Positions 1 through 9,143 of a DNA stretch of 36,026 nucleotides are shown in pieces. Position 1 is the first letter of the stretch. Every line of letters begins with the position of its first letter. The DNA is from an uncultured archaeon (lineage in GTDB: Archaea > Asgardarchaeota > Thorarchaeia > Thorarchaeales > Thorarchaeaceae), in NCBI GenBank assembly GCA_964631415.1, contig CAZVZC010000019.1:1-36026 (forward strand), in the 5' to 3' direction. The notes beneath the pieces are model-generated. The model was not told the origin of the DNA, did not search any database, and saw only the letters and a list, made by a program, of their open reading frames with translations. The position numbers and the translations under genes were made by a program.

Positions 1-2
1 TC

Positions 3-284
3 ATTCGCGCTGCAAGTAGAAGGCCGCGGTCCGTAGGCTGTCAGGTCTATTACCAGCTGCTTGCAGATACCCTCTGATTTTTTAATGATACGGCGACCAC
101 CGAGATCTACACCGTACACTCTCTGAGAAAGCAGAGATAGTCCTTTGGGAGAGTCTAGGCCGTGCTCTTCTGCTACTTGACATCCGAGTGTGGCAGGTGA
201 CAAGAAGGCAAGCAACAGAACAATGAGGGCTATCCTTTGGCAATACAACTCAGACGCTTCCAGACTTGTCGACAGGCCTCGCAT
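3..284 (-). CDS. 5' part of a secreted protein, possibly an M28-family aminopeptidase (runs off the window edge)
   Basis: Manual translation from ATG 284: MRGLSTSLEASELYCQRIALIVLLLAFLSPATLGC...KQLVIDLTAYGPRPSTCSAN, open to the edge. It has a hydrophobic signal-like segment, and 'L..GPR...S.N' resembles M28 N-termini. Confidence 0.5.
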   Translation of the reverse strand, partial: MRGLSTSLEASELYCQRIALIVLLLAFLSPATLGCQVAEEHGLDSPKGLSLLSQRVYGVDLGGRRIIKKSEGICKQLVIDLTAYGPRPSTCSAN

Positions 285-420
285 GGGCTTAGACTTAGCC
301 CCATCTCATCTCTCTTGAAGCGATTGGCGGTCCTTGAACATAAGCAGTCAGTTTCGCGCAACCCCTCAGTTCAAGATAGTGAAAGCTAAAAAGGAAGCGC
401 GCAAACGTAAGAGGCCACCC

Positions 421-1716
421 ATGCCACTCAAAGAGCTGCAGATAGCGGTTGAAATCAAGGACCCCATTTACGGCTACGTGGGTCTGACACAGCTTGAGAA
501 GTCGATCCTGGACACAAAACAGTCACAGAGGCTCAGGCGAATCTCTTCCCCAGCATGTACGCATCTTGTGTACCCTGGGGCTGAGATTACGGCGATGGGA
601 AGACTGCCCGGAATCCTGCGCATCACTCACATGTTCTTCGAGAAGCTCAGCGCAGACACGGATGAAGTCCAATTGGCGAGACTAGTTTCCATGATGCTGA
701 CGCTCGCACAGGGACCTTGGGCGAATGTCATGGAAGAGTACCTCTTAGTGCGAGGTACAAGTCGACGAAAGCTAGCGGATCTCATTGTGACAAAGTCACA
801 GATTTCAGACATCGTGAAAAACAGCAGTTTCTCGCTGAGTACAGTCAAGGACTCAATAGAGCGTGGAGTGCTAGTCAAGGGATCCCATGTGGATCTCATG
901 ACGACTCCAATCAACCCTCATCTCATTGACAGCTTGAATAGAGACTCGTACTTTGCGGGAGTTGAGTATGCTCGTCTGGAATACCCGCGGCTGTTTGCTC
1001 AGACGCGCATCATCAAAGACCATGTGGCGGTGGAGCGAGCTTCCTTGTTCACGCTTGAGTCGTATCTGTCTGCAGGGGTCAACATGTTTGAGGCCATTTA
1101 CTTCCACAAGGCTGTGAGGGCCGGCGAGCTCATGCTCATGCGCATCTTGGATGAGGCGGGGTCCCAACTGATGCGGTTCTCAGACAAGGAAATCGAAATG
1201 TTCCTTAGCAATGACGATTTCACTTTGCGCGATACTCTGCTGTCGACGGGCTCCGATGCATCAGAGGAGATGGCATGGGCCAATCATTTATTCCGTGACT
1301 ATGACAAGCGCTATCTGGTCAAAATGGCCAGCGAGCGAGCGATATCCGATGAGGCGTTCCTCAAGAAACTCGCAACACCCGATGGCCAGTATGAGATAGA
1401 GCGCGAGATTGCAGAAGAGGCCGGCATCGACCCGAGGAATGTCTATGTCGACTACCCCGACCGTGCGTCAGTGAGTTACCATCCGGGCATGTATTCGATG
1501 GACGACCTGATGTTGTTCGAGCGGGGCTCGAGGGGGTACGAGTTCTGGCCCGTGACTGAAATGAGCCTCTTGGCTAGAAGCCTTGGCCGGACGCTGAAAA
1601 CTGTGAGGGTCTATACGACACGGGGCTACAGGACTAAGGTGAAAAAGGCCGGTGACCGTCTCCTTGAGAGCGTCGATGGTGTGGGGGCGCAGCTGGAGTC
1701 TGGCGAGCACAGCTGA
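421..1716 (+). CDS. HD-domain dNTPase/SAMHD1-like homolog with degenerate active site
   Basis: IKDPIYGYV, QRLRRI, LVYPGA, RDSYFAGV and IYFHKAVR match the COG1078 family, but the metal-binding His and HD motif are absent. ATG 421 preferred over TTG 334. Confidence 0.75.
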   Translation: MPLKELQIAVEIKDPIYGYVGLTQLEKSILDTKQSQRLRRISSPACTHLVYPGAEITAMGRLPGILRITHMFFEKLSADTDEVQLARLVSMMLTLAQGPWANVMEEYLLVRGTSRRKLADLIVTKSQISDIVKNSSFSLSTVKDSIERGVLVKGSHVDLMTTPINPHLIDSLNRDSYFAGVEYARLEYPRLFAQTRIIKDHVAVERASLFTLESYLSAGVNMFEAIYFHKAVRAGELMLMRILDEAGSQLMRFSDKEIEMFLSNDDFTLRDTLLSTGSDASEEMAWANHLFRDYDKRYLVKMASERAISDEAFLKKLATPDGQYEIEREIAEEAGIDPRNVYVDYPDRASVSYHPGMYSMDDLMLFERGSRGYEFWPVTEMSLLARSLGRTLKTVRVYTTRGYRTKVKKAGDRLLESVDGVGAQLESGEHS

Positions 1717-1835
1717 GTTTCATCAATGCCGCATCAGATGCAGCTACTGCGGCCACGAGGAATCACAGCAGGGCGCTCGGAAAAAGGCTGGCAATGGTCG
1801 CTAATCGCCGGCTGTGCCAAATATGGTATTAAAGG

Positions 1836-4166
1836 ATGAACTGTCCCACCTGTTGTTGCCTGGCTTTGAACCGGGATGAGGCGGAAGACATGTTCTGTTG
1901 TCGGAAGTGCGGCGAACCTCTCTACGTTCGAAGTGCGGAAATGCATGACATGATTCTGACCATGGACGTCCAATGCCTAAAGGGTCACAAGGGCGTTAGG
2001 CGTGCCTCTGAGCATCAGGCACAAGGAATGGCGAATGAAATCTTTGGCAGGATGTTCGTTTGCCTGGAGTGTGGACTAAACATGACTCTCGTTGACACGC
2101 AGACGGTAGGTCAGAAAGTCTATAGTGTCTTCCTCTGTCCTGTGCATGGTCCCCAGAAAAGAGAATACCCTGCTGCTTTCATTCCAACAATCGGACTTGC
2201 GGGGGCTGAGGTAGACAGCCCAAAGTCAGTTCTTGAGTCATTCAAGTGCAGCACATGTGGGCAGCCGTATGCGATAGGCGATATCACCGAGAGGCATGCA
2301 GTACTCGAGATGCTGGTCCGATGCTCCAACGGCCACAGGGCAATCCGATACGTGCCGACTTCGATAGAGTCCCCAATACTGAAGGGCATCCTGCAGCGCT
2401 TAGTTAACTGTGAAATCTGCGGTCTTCCTGGGATCGTATCGGGAACTGAGGAGCGGCGGGACATAACCAGGGTTATTACGTCCTGTCCTGTCCATGGGTT
2501 CACCAAGAAGGATGTTCCCTCCAGCCTGATCCCTGCTCTCAAAGAGGCTGTGTCTGAGATACCGGAAGACGCGGTCGTGAAGGCAATGCTAATGTCCCGC
2601 GACTGCACGCGCTCTCTTGTGATTCGGGCGATTGAGGAGGATCGGGCAGGATACAGGTTCAGGTGCGTCTGTCCTGCTGATGGCCGCCTGACCGACAGAG
2701 TCCTAGCATTGACATGGAGTGACAGCATCAAGGACCGAGTGGCCGCCGGGCTGCTTTCGTGTAGCGAATGTGGCCTCCTGACGCACATCCTCCGTGCTAG
2801 AAAAGCCCGCGACAAGGTCAACTTCGAGATCGTCTGTCCGGTGCATGGTGTGCAGGAGAGATCCGTGCCCGTTGAGGTGTTCGACTATGTCAAGAAGAGG
2901 GGGTCCGAAATGGACCATGAGCCCTCGATAGTCCGAAGCTTCATGTGCCAGAAGTGTAAGATGCCGCTCTTTCTCCGCGATGTCGAAGACCGTCGGGGAC
3001 TGATTGAGTTCGAGCTCGACTGCCGGAACGGGCATCGAACGAAGAGGCTCTTTGTGCCGGGACTGGACCAGAAGACACTCGTCAAGGCATACGAACACCT
3101 CTATCAGTGTCCGGAGTGCTATGAGCCACTCGACCTTGTCTACATCAAGGAGCAGGGAAGGGAATCGAGAGTCGTGCTCCTTTGCACCCTCCATGGCAAG
3201 TACATCTTCGACGTTCCTCCTGACCATGCAGAGGCGATGCGGGGCGCATTCAATGAGATTCAAGCTCGGAAGGCCAAGCCGCCGATGGAAGCACCGAAGT
3301 CTGCACCAGAGATCACCGCAGAGGAGATTGAAGATAGCATCGATGAGATTGCCCAGGAGGTCAAGGTGACTCGTGGGTGCGAGATAATAGGCGGCAAGTT
3401 CGACTACAAGGTGAAGGCAGAGAATCGGAGTGGCTATGTGATAACAAACGTGACCGTGAGCATAGTCGCTTATCCTCAGGACTGCATGGAGTTGGGGGGC
3501 GAATCGGTCAAGTCAATCTCGCGGATTGAGGTTGGTGGCTTCCGGAGCCCGCAGTTCACACTGTATCCCACCAAGGACTGCGTGCAGGGCAAGGTTGTAG
3601 CCACCGTATCATATATCGACTTCCGTGACCAGCTTCATACTCTCCAAGTGGAGCCCATAATAATCCGCTCTGTCTGCGATCTTCTGAAGCCTTCAGAGAA
3701 GACATCCAAAGACTTCGACCTGATTCTCACCAGTCTCACGAAGACAGATCAGGAACAGACTCTGGAGTGGAACGCCCGCATACTGTTCACAAAGGCAGAG
3801 AAGCTTCTCCCAGCGAAGAACTTCCATATTGTCGACAAGGAAGAGCACGTTGTGGCAGGAGATTTCATTGGCACCATCAGAGGCTACGCTGAGGGCAAAT
3901 ACACTCAGAAGAAAGTCGCGGTGGTAATCCTGATCACTGGTCCCGAGTCTGGACGACATGCACAAGTCAAGGTTGAGGCCCTTGGAGAGGATATCGCCAT
4001 GCTGCCGACCACGATTGACGAACTCGCCGAGACCATGGACTCATGGATTTGCCTACGTTGTGGGGGTCCTCTTGACTCAGATCAGGTTGAGGAGATGGAA
4101 CAACGCAGACCAATATGTTGCAGATACTGCTCACACACACTCACTCTTGGCCTCTACCTGCAATGA
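1836..4166 (+). CDS. Multi-zinc-module protein with C-terminal adaptin/coatomer appendage-like domain and terminal Zn ribbon
   Basis: 776 aa. Eight CxxC-x21-C(PxHG/xxGH) modules, an acidic/Pro linker, a beta-rich Ig-like plus alpha/beta region, and a C-terminal CLRC...CRYC. Confidence 0.65.
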   Translation: MNCPTCCCLALNRDEAEDMFCCRKCGEPLYVRSAEMHDMILTMDVQCLKGHKGVRRASEHQAQGMANEIFGRMFVCLECGLNMTLVDTQTVGQKVYSVFLCPVHGPQKREYPAAFIPTIGLAGAEVDSPKSVLESFKCSTCGQPYAIGDITERHAVLEMLVRCSNGHRAIRYVPTSIESPILKGILQRLVNCEICGLPGIVSGTEERRDITRVITSCPVHGFTKKDVPSSLIPALKEAVSEIPEDAVVKAMLMSRDCTRSLVIRAIEEDRAGYRFRCVCPADGRLTDRVLALTWSDSIKDRVAAGLLSCSECGLLTHILRARKARDKVNFEIVCPVHGVQERSVPVEVFDYVKKRGSEMDHEPSIVRSFMCQKCKMPLFLRDVEDRRGLIEFELDCRNGHRTKRLFVPGLDQKTLVKAYEHLYQCPECYEPLDLVYIKEQGRESRVVLLCTLHGKYIFDVPPDHAEAMRGAFNEIQARKAKPPMEAPKSAPEITAEEIEDSIDEIAQEVKVTRGCEIIGGKFDYKVKAENRSGYVITNVTVSIVAYPQDCMELGGESVKSISRIEVGGFRSPQFTLYPTKDCVQGKVVATVSYIDFRDQLHTLQVEPIIIRSVCDLLKPSEKTSKDFDLILTSLTKTDQEQTLEWNARILFTKAEKLLPAKNFHIVDKEEHVVAGDFIGTIRGYAEGKYTQKKVAVVILITGPESGRHAQVKVEALGEDIAMLPTTIDELAETMDSWICLRCGGPLDSDQVEEMEQRRPICCRYCSHTLTLGLYLQ

Positions 4167-4218
4167 ACAGGCGGCCGCTTCATCGACAGTATTGCGCGTG
4201 AATGGGGTGTCCCGGGTT

Positions 4219-4806
4219 TCAGTGCTCCTCCGTAGCTGAGTACCCCTTCCATTCGATTGTGGTCTGTGGGAGTATGCCCATGTGGACGAGGATTCGGTCC
4301 ACGATTGAGTCCACTAGTTCTTCGATTGCATCCGGTCTGTGCCAGAATGCTGGGCTTGCAGGCAGCACGACCGCACCCGCTTGAGTGACTAGTTCCATGT
4401 TTCTGATGTGTATCAGAGTAAGGGGAGTTTCTCGAGGGACCAGAACCAGGTGTCTTCTCTCTTTCAAGCTGCAGTCAGCCGCTCGTGTGACAAGGTTGTC
4501 ACTGTACCCATGTGCGATACCCGATAGGGTCTTCATCGAACATGGCACAACTGCCATCGCGTCGAGATGGAAGCTTCCACTGGATGGCCCAGCAGAGAGA
4601 TCATCTTCATCGTAGGCTTGGTCGACTTCAGCCTCAAGTTCCTCGACAGTCATATCCATCTCGTGTTTGAGCGTAGCGGCGCCCCACTCACTCACAATCA
4701 GATGGACTTCTTGACCCAGTCGTTTGAGAGTCCGCACGAGTCTGACGCCGTAGATGGACCCACTTGCCCCGGTAATGCAGACAAGTACCCGTTTCTTCGT
4801 CAACAT
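4219..4806 (-). CDS. ubiX: Flavin prenyltransferase UbiX
   Basis: Motifs ITGASG, SSGS, VPCSMKTL, RAAD..LKERR.LVLVPRETP and PAFWHRP. Confidence 0.95.
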   Translation of the reverse strand: MLTKKRVLVCITGASGSIYGVRLVRTLKRLGQEVHLIVSEWGAATLKHEMDMTVEELEAEVDQAYDEDDLSAGPSSGSFHLDAMAVVPCSMKTLSGIAHGYSDNLVTRAADCSLKERRHLVLVPRETPLTLIHIRNMELVTQAGAVVLPASPAFWHRPDAIEELVDSIVDRILVHMGILPQTTIEWKGYSATEEH

Positions 4807-4887
4807 CTCACCGCCACACTGGTTTTTGACACTAGGAATGGTCCCATTAACGCTTCTGGTCCGGCTTGCCGAAAACGGAAGTGGTCG

Positions 4888-6783
4888 CTACAGAAGGAGT
4901 GTCACCAATAGAGAGAGCAACAAGGCCACTCCTGCAGAAGAGGGCCCCACTCTCTTTGCGGCATGTGCTGCCTCAGTGACATCCTCTGTCAGGACGTCAA
5001 ACCCATTCTCTCCGTAGACCGAGATTCCTGTGAGTTTTCCAAAGCCCAGTCCTACTGTGACAGGTTGAAGACTTGCCTTGGCCCTCTCTGAAGCAATGAG
5101 AATGTGCTGAAGGATCTCTTGACGTCGCTGTCTTCCAACAGGTGGATAGCCCTTGTTTGACAGGGCAACAGCATTCACAGCATGTGTGTCAGTAGTCATG
5201 ACCTCTGCTTGGTTGTAGCCCTGTTTGTTGAGCGCCATTATGATATCCTCGCGAAAACCGGGTTCCATGTTGTTTCCGTCGATCGAGACCAAAGACGACA
5301 TGATGGAGCCGGTCTGCAAAGCTATGGCCACAATCCCTCCCGTTCCTACCCCATCATCGATGGCGATGCCATCTGGCACATGGTGGCAGATTCCGAGAGA
5401 AACTTCCTGTTGTGCTCTGCTGTTGGTTTCAACAATGGCATCTGAGACTGCGTCGATGTACTGAGAGGCTTCGGGATCGCCAGGCATAACAGAAACTGCG
5501 TCATCGTCTATGCAGTTGTGAGCGTCGACGATGGCGACACCTTTGAGTTGAGGAACGCGACTTATCGCAGTCCGCGCGGCCTCAAGGCCCACATCCATAG
5601 ACACATCGTCGGTGAACTCGGGTGCGCTCGTCGTAATTGCGAGAGCGTTGTTGCCCACGAAGAGTGTCCAGACCTTGAACTTGCCCGAGTCGGTCCAATG
5701 TGGTCCTGACATCTTCGGTTGCGTCTTGGTTTCTTCTATCAAGCGATCAATCTCTGCCATGACCTTGGGGTACTCAGCTTTCGAGGTCAGATTCTGATGA
5801 TGCGTGCAAGTTGCATGCATGACAAGAGCTGGAACACCGTATTTTGACTTGACGTGCTGTATGATCACCGATGGGAGACGGCTGCTGCCGATATTCCTGA
5901 ATGGCCCGGGATGGACGTACAAGACTACGCCGACTGCATCGAGCTTCTTTTCTGATTTGAACAGTACTACCTGCAGAGGGATCTCCTGAGCTATGCCAAT
6001 CGATGTGAGGATGTCCTCGAATGGCTCGGGGTTGTCCACGAGATAGGCGTGACCAAAGGCACGTAGCAGCTTGGGGCCGCTGATACCAAGGTCTCTCTCA
6101 AAGGGCCTGCTGACAGAGCGAAACAGGCGCAGAACGACAATCGTGAAAAGGACAAGCACGATAGGCAATGCTAGCGGCCAAGATTCGGGTGGTTGAGGGA
6201 CTGCATCTGTCACGATGCTCAGAATCAATGATAGACAGAGCCAGATCGCCGTTGGGATGAGAGCAGCGGCGAAGTTGCGCGAATCTGGATAGTCGCTGAG
6301 GCTTGTCACAAGAAAAGCAAACAACAAGTAGGCGACTCCGGAACCAAACATCCAAAGTCTAGGCTCGAACCATGAGGATCCTCTGATCAGGTCAAGCATG
6401 CCTCCGACGAGACCAAGCGAAAGCCAGAAGATGATACCGAACTGGACTGTACCGGTTGTCCTTCTTCGATCCAGAGGCGAACCTTTCCTCTTTATTCCTA
6501 GATACAACAGCTCAGTGCCGACGAACACAGGTATTCCTAGGAGAACCAGATAGTAGACGATGACCTCGGGCAGAAGCAAGCTGGGAAACCTGAGAACTCT
6601 AAGGGCTGCAGCCAAGAGCGAAGTGGCCGCCACAGAGAGAATCATCCTGAAGACAATGGTTCTGTAACTAGGAAGTCTCCACACCCTGCTGTAAAGCCCT
6701 GTGGTTTCCTTTACCTTAGCTCTCTCTCCCAATTGAACTTCCACCGATGTTGTTCCGTCGACGGCTGAGCGCAGTCTTATCAA
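4888..6783 (-). CDS. DUF2070 family membrane protein
   Basis: N-terminal multi-TM region, then HPGPFRNIGSS, H..TH, VDAHN, DGNN and TTDTH motifs, and a C-terminal TM segment. Confidence 0.8.
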   Translation of the reverse strand: MIRLRSAVDGTTSVEVQLGERAKVKETTGLYSRVWRLPSYRTIVFRMILSVAATSLLAAALRVLRFPSLLLPEVIVYYLVLLGIPVFVGTELLYLGIKRKGSPLDRRRTTGTVQFGIIFWLSLGLVGGMLDLIRGSSWFEPRLWMFGSGVAYLLFAFLVTSLSDYPDSRNFAAALIPTAIWLCLSLILSIVTDAVPQPPESWPLALPIVLVLFTIVVLRLFRSVSRPFERDLGISGPKLLRAFGHAYLVDNPEPFEDILTSIGIAQEIPLQVVLFKSEKKLDAVGVVLYVHPGPFRNIGSSRLPSVIIQHVKSKYGVPALVMHATCTHHQNLTSKAEYPKVMAEIDRLIEETKTQPKMSGPHWTDSGKFKVWTLFVGNNALAITTSAPEFTDDVSMDVGLEAARTAISRVPQLKGVAIVDAHNCIDDDAVSVMPGDPEASQYIDAVSDAIVETNSRAQQEVSLGICHHVPDGIAIDDGVGTGGIVAIALQTGSIMSSLVSIDGNNMEPGFREDIIMALNKQGYNQAEVMTTDTHAVNAVALSNKGYPPVGRQRRQEILQHILIASERAKASLQPVTVGLGFGKLTGISVYGENGFDVLTEDVTEAAHAAKRVGPSSAGVALLLSLLVTLLL

Positions 6784-6873
6784 ACTTCCCCTGTGTCTAG
6801 GTGTTGACGTTTTCTGTGGGGCTTTGCTGGACGTTCCCGGACTCTACGAGATACCCTGCTCGATGCTCCGTGT

Positions 6874-7626
6874 TCACAGTTCGCTGGCAGTCACCAAGGA
6901 TGCTCCAAGAAAGAGGTAGGACTCTGCGCCCATTAGTCCCGCCAAAGGTTCGCCGAAGAAGCCGAACACCCAGAGAGCGCTTCGCACAAGCGCCAGCAGA
7001 ATGCCCACAAGTCCAAGACCCATGGGCACGAACAAACGACCACTCCTGAAAACCCACGCCAACAGTGCCATGGTCAAAACGACGATTGCGAGGCCAAACG
7101 CAACCGGTGTCTTGGTCACAATCTCAATTGGACCTCTTGTGGGATTCTGACCGCTGATAGCGAGCAGCACAAGAACTGAGTACGCAACAGAAGGCAAAAC
7201 AAGGACTGCCCACATGGTTCTGGGGTTCATGTATCGTAATACCTCCCTTGATGCCATTAGGTAGCCCACAGTGCCGACTGCCCAGAGAAGGATGCCAATG
7301 AGCTGAATGAGATCGACTATGAAATAGAGAATCTCGTTGCTGATAAGAGGCGACATGGCCGCAGCTGTCAGTTCAGAGATGAGAAACGCCACCAGACCAA
7401 GTGAGATTGATAGGTTCAAGATGTGCAGGTGGTCCTCTCTGACGAGCCCGCGGTGTCCATAGAGCGCCAAGCCCACGGCGCTCATCAGCAGGGCCGAAGC
7501 AGCTGTTATGACCGAAACAACGATGACTGCGAGTGAATGCAGCTGAAGGATTTCAAGGAGCAGGGCAACAAGAAGAATGCCTATACCTGCAGTGAAAAAC
7601 GATGCAGCAATAGACTTGCCCCGCAA
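6874..7626 (-). CDS. Uncharacterized polytopic membrane protein (about 7-8 TM)
   Basis: 250 aa made almost entirely of hydrophobic helices; TTG start. Confidence 0.7.
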   Translation of the reverse strand: MRGKSIAASFFTAGIGILLVALLLEILQLHSLAVIVVSVITAASALLMSAVGLALYGHRGLVREDHLHILNLSISLGLVAFLISELTAAAMSPLISNEILYFIVDLIQLIGILLWAVGTVGYLMASREVLRYMNPRTMWAVLVLPSVAYSVLVLLAISGQNPTRGPIEIVTKTPVAFGLAIVVLTMALLAWVFRSGRLFVPMGLGLVGILLALVRSALWVFGFFGEPLAGLMGAESYLFLGASLVTASEL

Positions 7627-7753
7627 CTAAGCATCTAAGCTCCTCTTGCTTTCTCCCGGTCGATTCGGCCGCGCCCACTTTTGTCTTTTGCTGCTAGGGG
7701 TTTCAGCTGGTCATTCTATCTGAAATGAGCTCTTGATTGACCTTTCGTCCGTT

Positions 7754-8953
7754 CTACTCGGCCTGCATCCGCTCCCACTGGATGTCATATGCTCTGCTTG
7801 GGAATCTCCGTTGGACATCTGCTCTAGTTCTTGATAGGACCGCCTTCACAGGTTTGTGTCCGACAAGTTTCTCGACCTCCTTCGTTACGAAGCGAAAGAG
7901 CACATCGAACCCTTCGGCAATCGCGTCGGGCGTGATATCCCCCCTGACTGTGGCCGTGGTCAGAGAGCTCTTCATGCCTAGATCCATGTTCTCCTCCACG
8001 TTCACAAACGCAAGCCATGGGTGTTCGCCGAGGAGCGATTTCCGCACATCAGAGAACACGCGGTGTACAGTCTTGAATCCCACAATCTTCGCGTACATTC
8101 CAATCATCGTCTGCAAGGCCGATGTATGAAGAACAAGCGCGGCTTGGGAAGGTGAGACCCTCTCAACAGCCTTGTATCTAGTCAACAGAGCGATGTCATC
8201 CAGAAAGCGCTTCAAGTCTGACGTCTTCACTCTCTCAGCGGCGATCATGAGAGGTGTTTCACCGTCCAGCTCTGTAAGTGCCTTAGTGGTTTCTTCAGAA
8301 ACGCCGCTCACTCCTCCTCTTGTCCCCATAAGAGCAGTTGTCTGGTAGATGTCATCTGGCTTCACGGGGTTGGTCAGGAGAACGGCTTTCTCCCAGACGG
8401 CTTCCGCGACCCAGTTCAGGGCGACTTCGATGGGAACTTCAAGGAAGTCCGCCGCCTCTTTGACAGTACACAGTGGCGGTATCAACCTGAGAAGGGCCAC
8501 AACCTCTGCGTCCTTCGTGTAGAACTGCCAGTCCCGCTTCACCTGGATGATGGTGTCCGGATGAACTAGCTCCCAGACAAACTCCTCGATGACATCGCGG
8601 TCAAAACGTGTATGAACCGCAAGATCGAGGTCAACCCACCTTAGCACGTTGAACTGCTCCTCGAACTTAGAGATCGTCCTGCGTAGCTTCTCTCTGAGCT
8701 CGACCGTGTCCTTCACAGCAGAGAGCGCGCCCAGAGTCCAGTCTCCAAACTCGACGATTATCTTGTAGTCCGTCCCTTCGAAAGCCCTTGCCTGCGAAGT
8801 CACAGACCGTGTCGCTTCGTCAAAGAAAGAAGTCATCGCCACAACGAATGAGGAGAGGAGGTGAGGGTCGAAGATGGGCGGGTCGATGAAGTCATGATAG
8901 TACATACAGACCCCTGTTTCGCGTTTCACAAGATAGATGCTCTTGACTTCCAT
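7754..8953 (-). CDS. Longin-domain protein with tandem winged-helix domains (NPRL2/NPRL3-like architecture)
   Basis: N-terminal 'IYLVKRETGVCMY...DPHLLSSFVVAMTSF...YKIIVE' longin pattern, followed by two wHTH-like repeats (TVKEAADFLEVP; LDGETPLMIAAE) and a helical C-terminus. Confidence 0.65.
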   Translation of the reverse strand: MEVKSIYLVKRETGVCMYYHDFIDPPIFDPHLLSSFVVAMTSFFDEATRSVTSQARAFEGTDYKIIVEFGDWTLGALSAVKDTVELREKLRRTISKFEEQFNVLRWVDLDLAVHTRFDRDVIEEFVWELVHPDTIIQVKRDWQFYTKDAEVVALLRLIPPLCTVKEAADFLEVPIEVALNWVAEAVWEKAVLLTNPVKPDDIYQTTALMGTRGGVSGVSEETTKALTELDGETPLMIAAERVKTSDLKRFLDDIALLTRYKAVERVSPSQAALVLHTSALQTMIGMYAKIVGFKTVHRVFSDVRKSLLGEHPWLAFVNVEENMDLGMKSSLTTATVRGDITPDAIAEGFDVLFRFVTKEVEKLVGHKPVKAVLSRTRADVQRRFPSRAYDIQWERMQAE

Positions 8954-9120
8954 CAGGCGGTCTCCTCTCTAGACGGTTGATGAAGGCTTTATGAACTGAT
9001 GGCGTGTCTTCCTGCAGGCAGGCACATGTTCCAGAGAGAGGTCTGAACCCTTTTGAGCATTCTAGTCAGTGCGCCCGAGTTATGCCCAGCGCGAGTCTGG
9101 ATTGTACCAAGTGGTTACTG

Positions 9121-9127
9121 CTTTAAG
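9121..9127 (+). promoter_or_regulatory. Putative TATA box for the ZPR1 gene (near-leaderless transcript)
   Basis: CTTTAAG about 20 nt upstream of ATG 9144. Confidence 0.35.
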
Positions 9128-9143
9128 GTGACCGGCCAGAAGG

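Noticed and set aside
1836-3200. Multiheme cytochrome c
   Set aside because: The motifs are CxxC and CxxH/CxxGH separated by 21 aa, not CxxCH, and there is no signal peptide.
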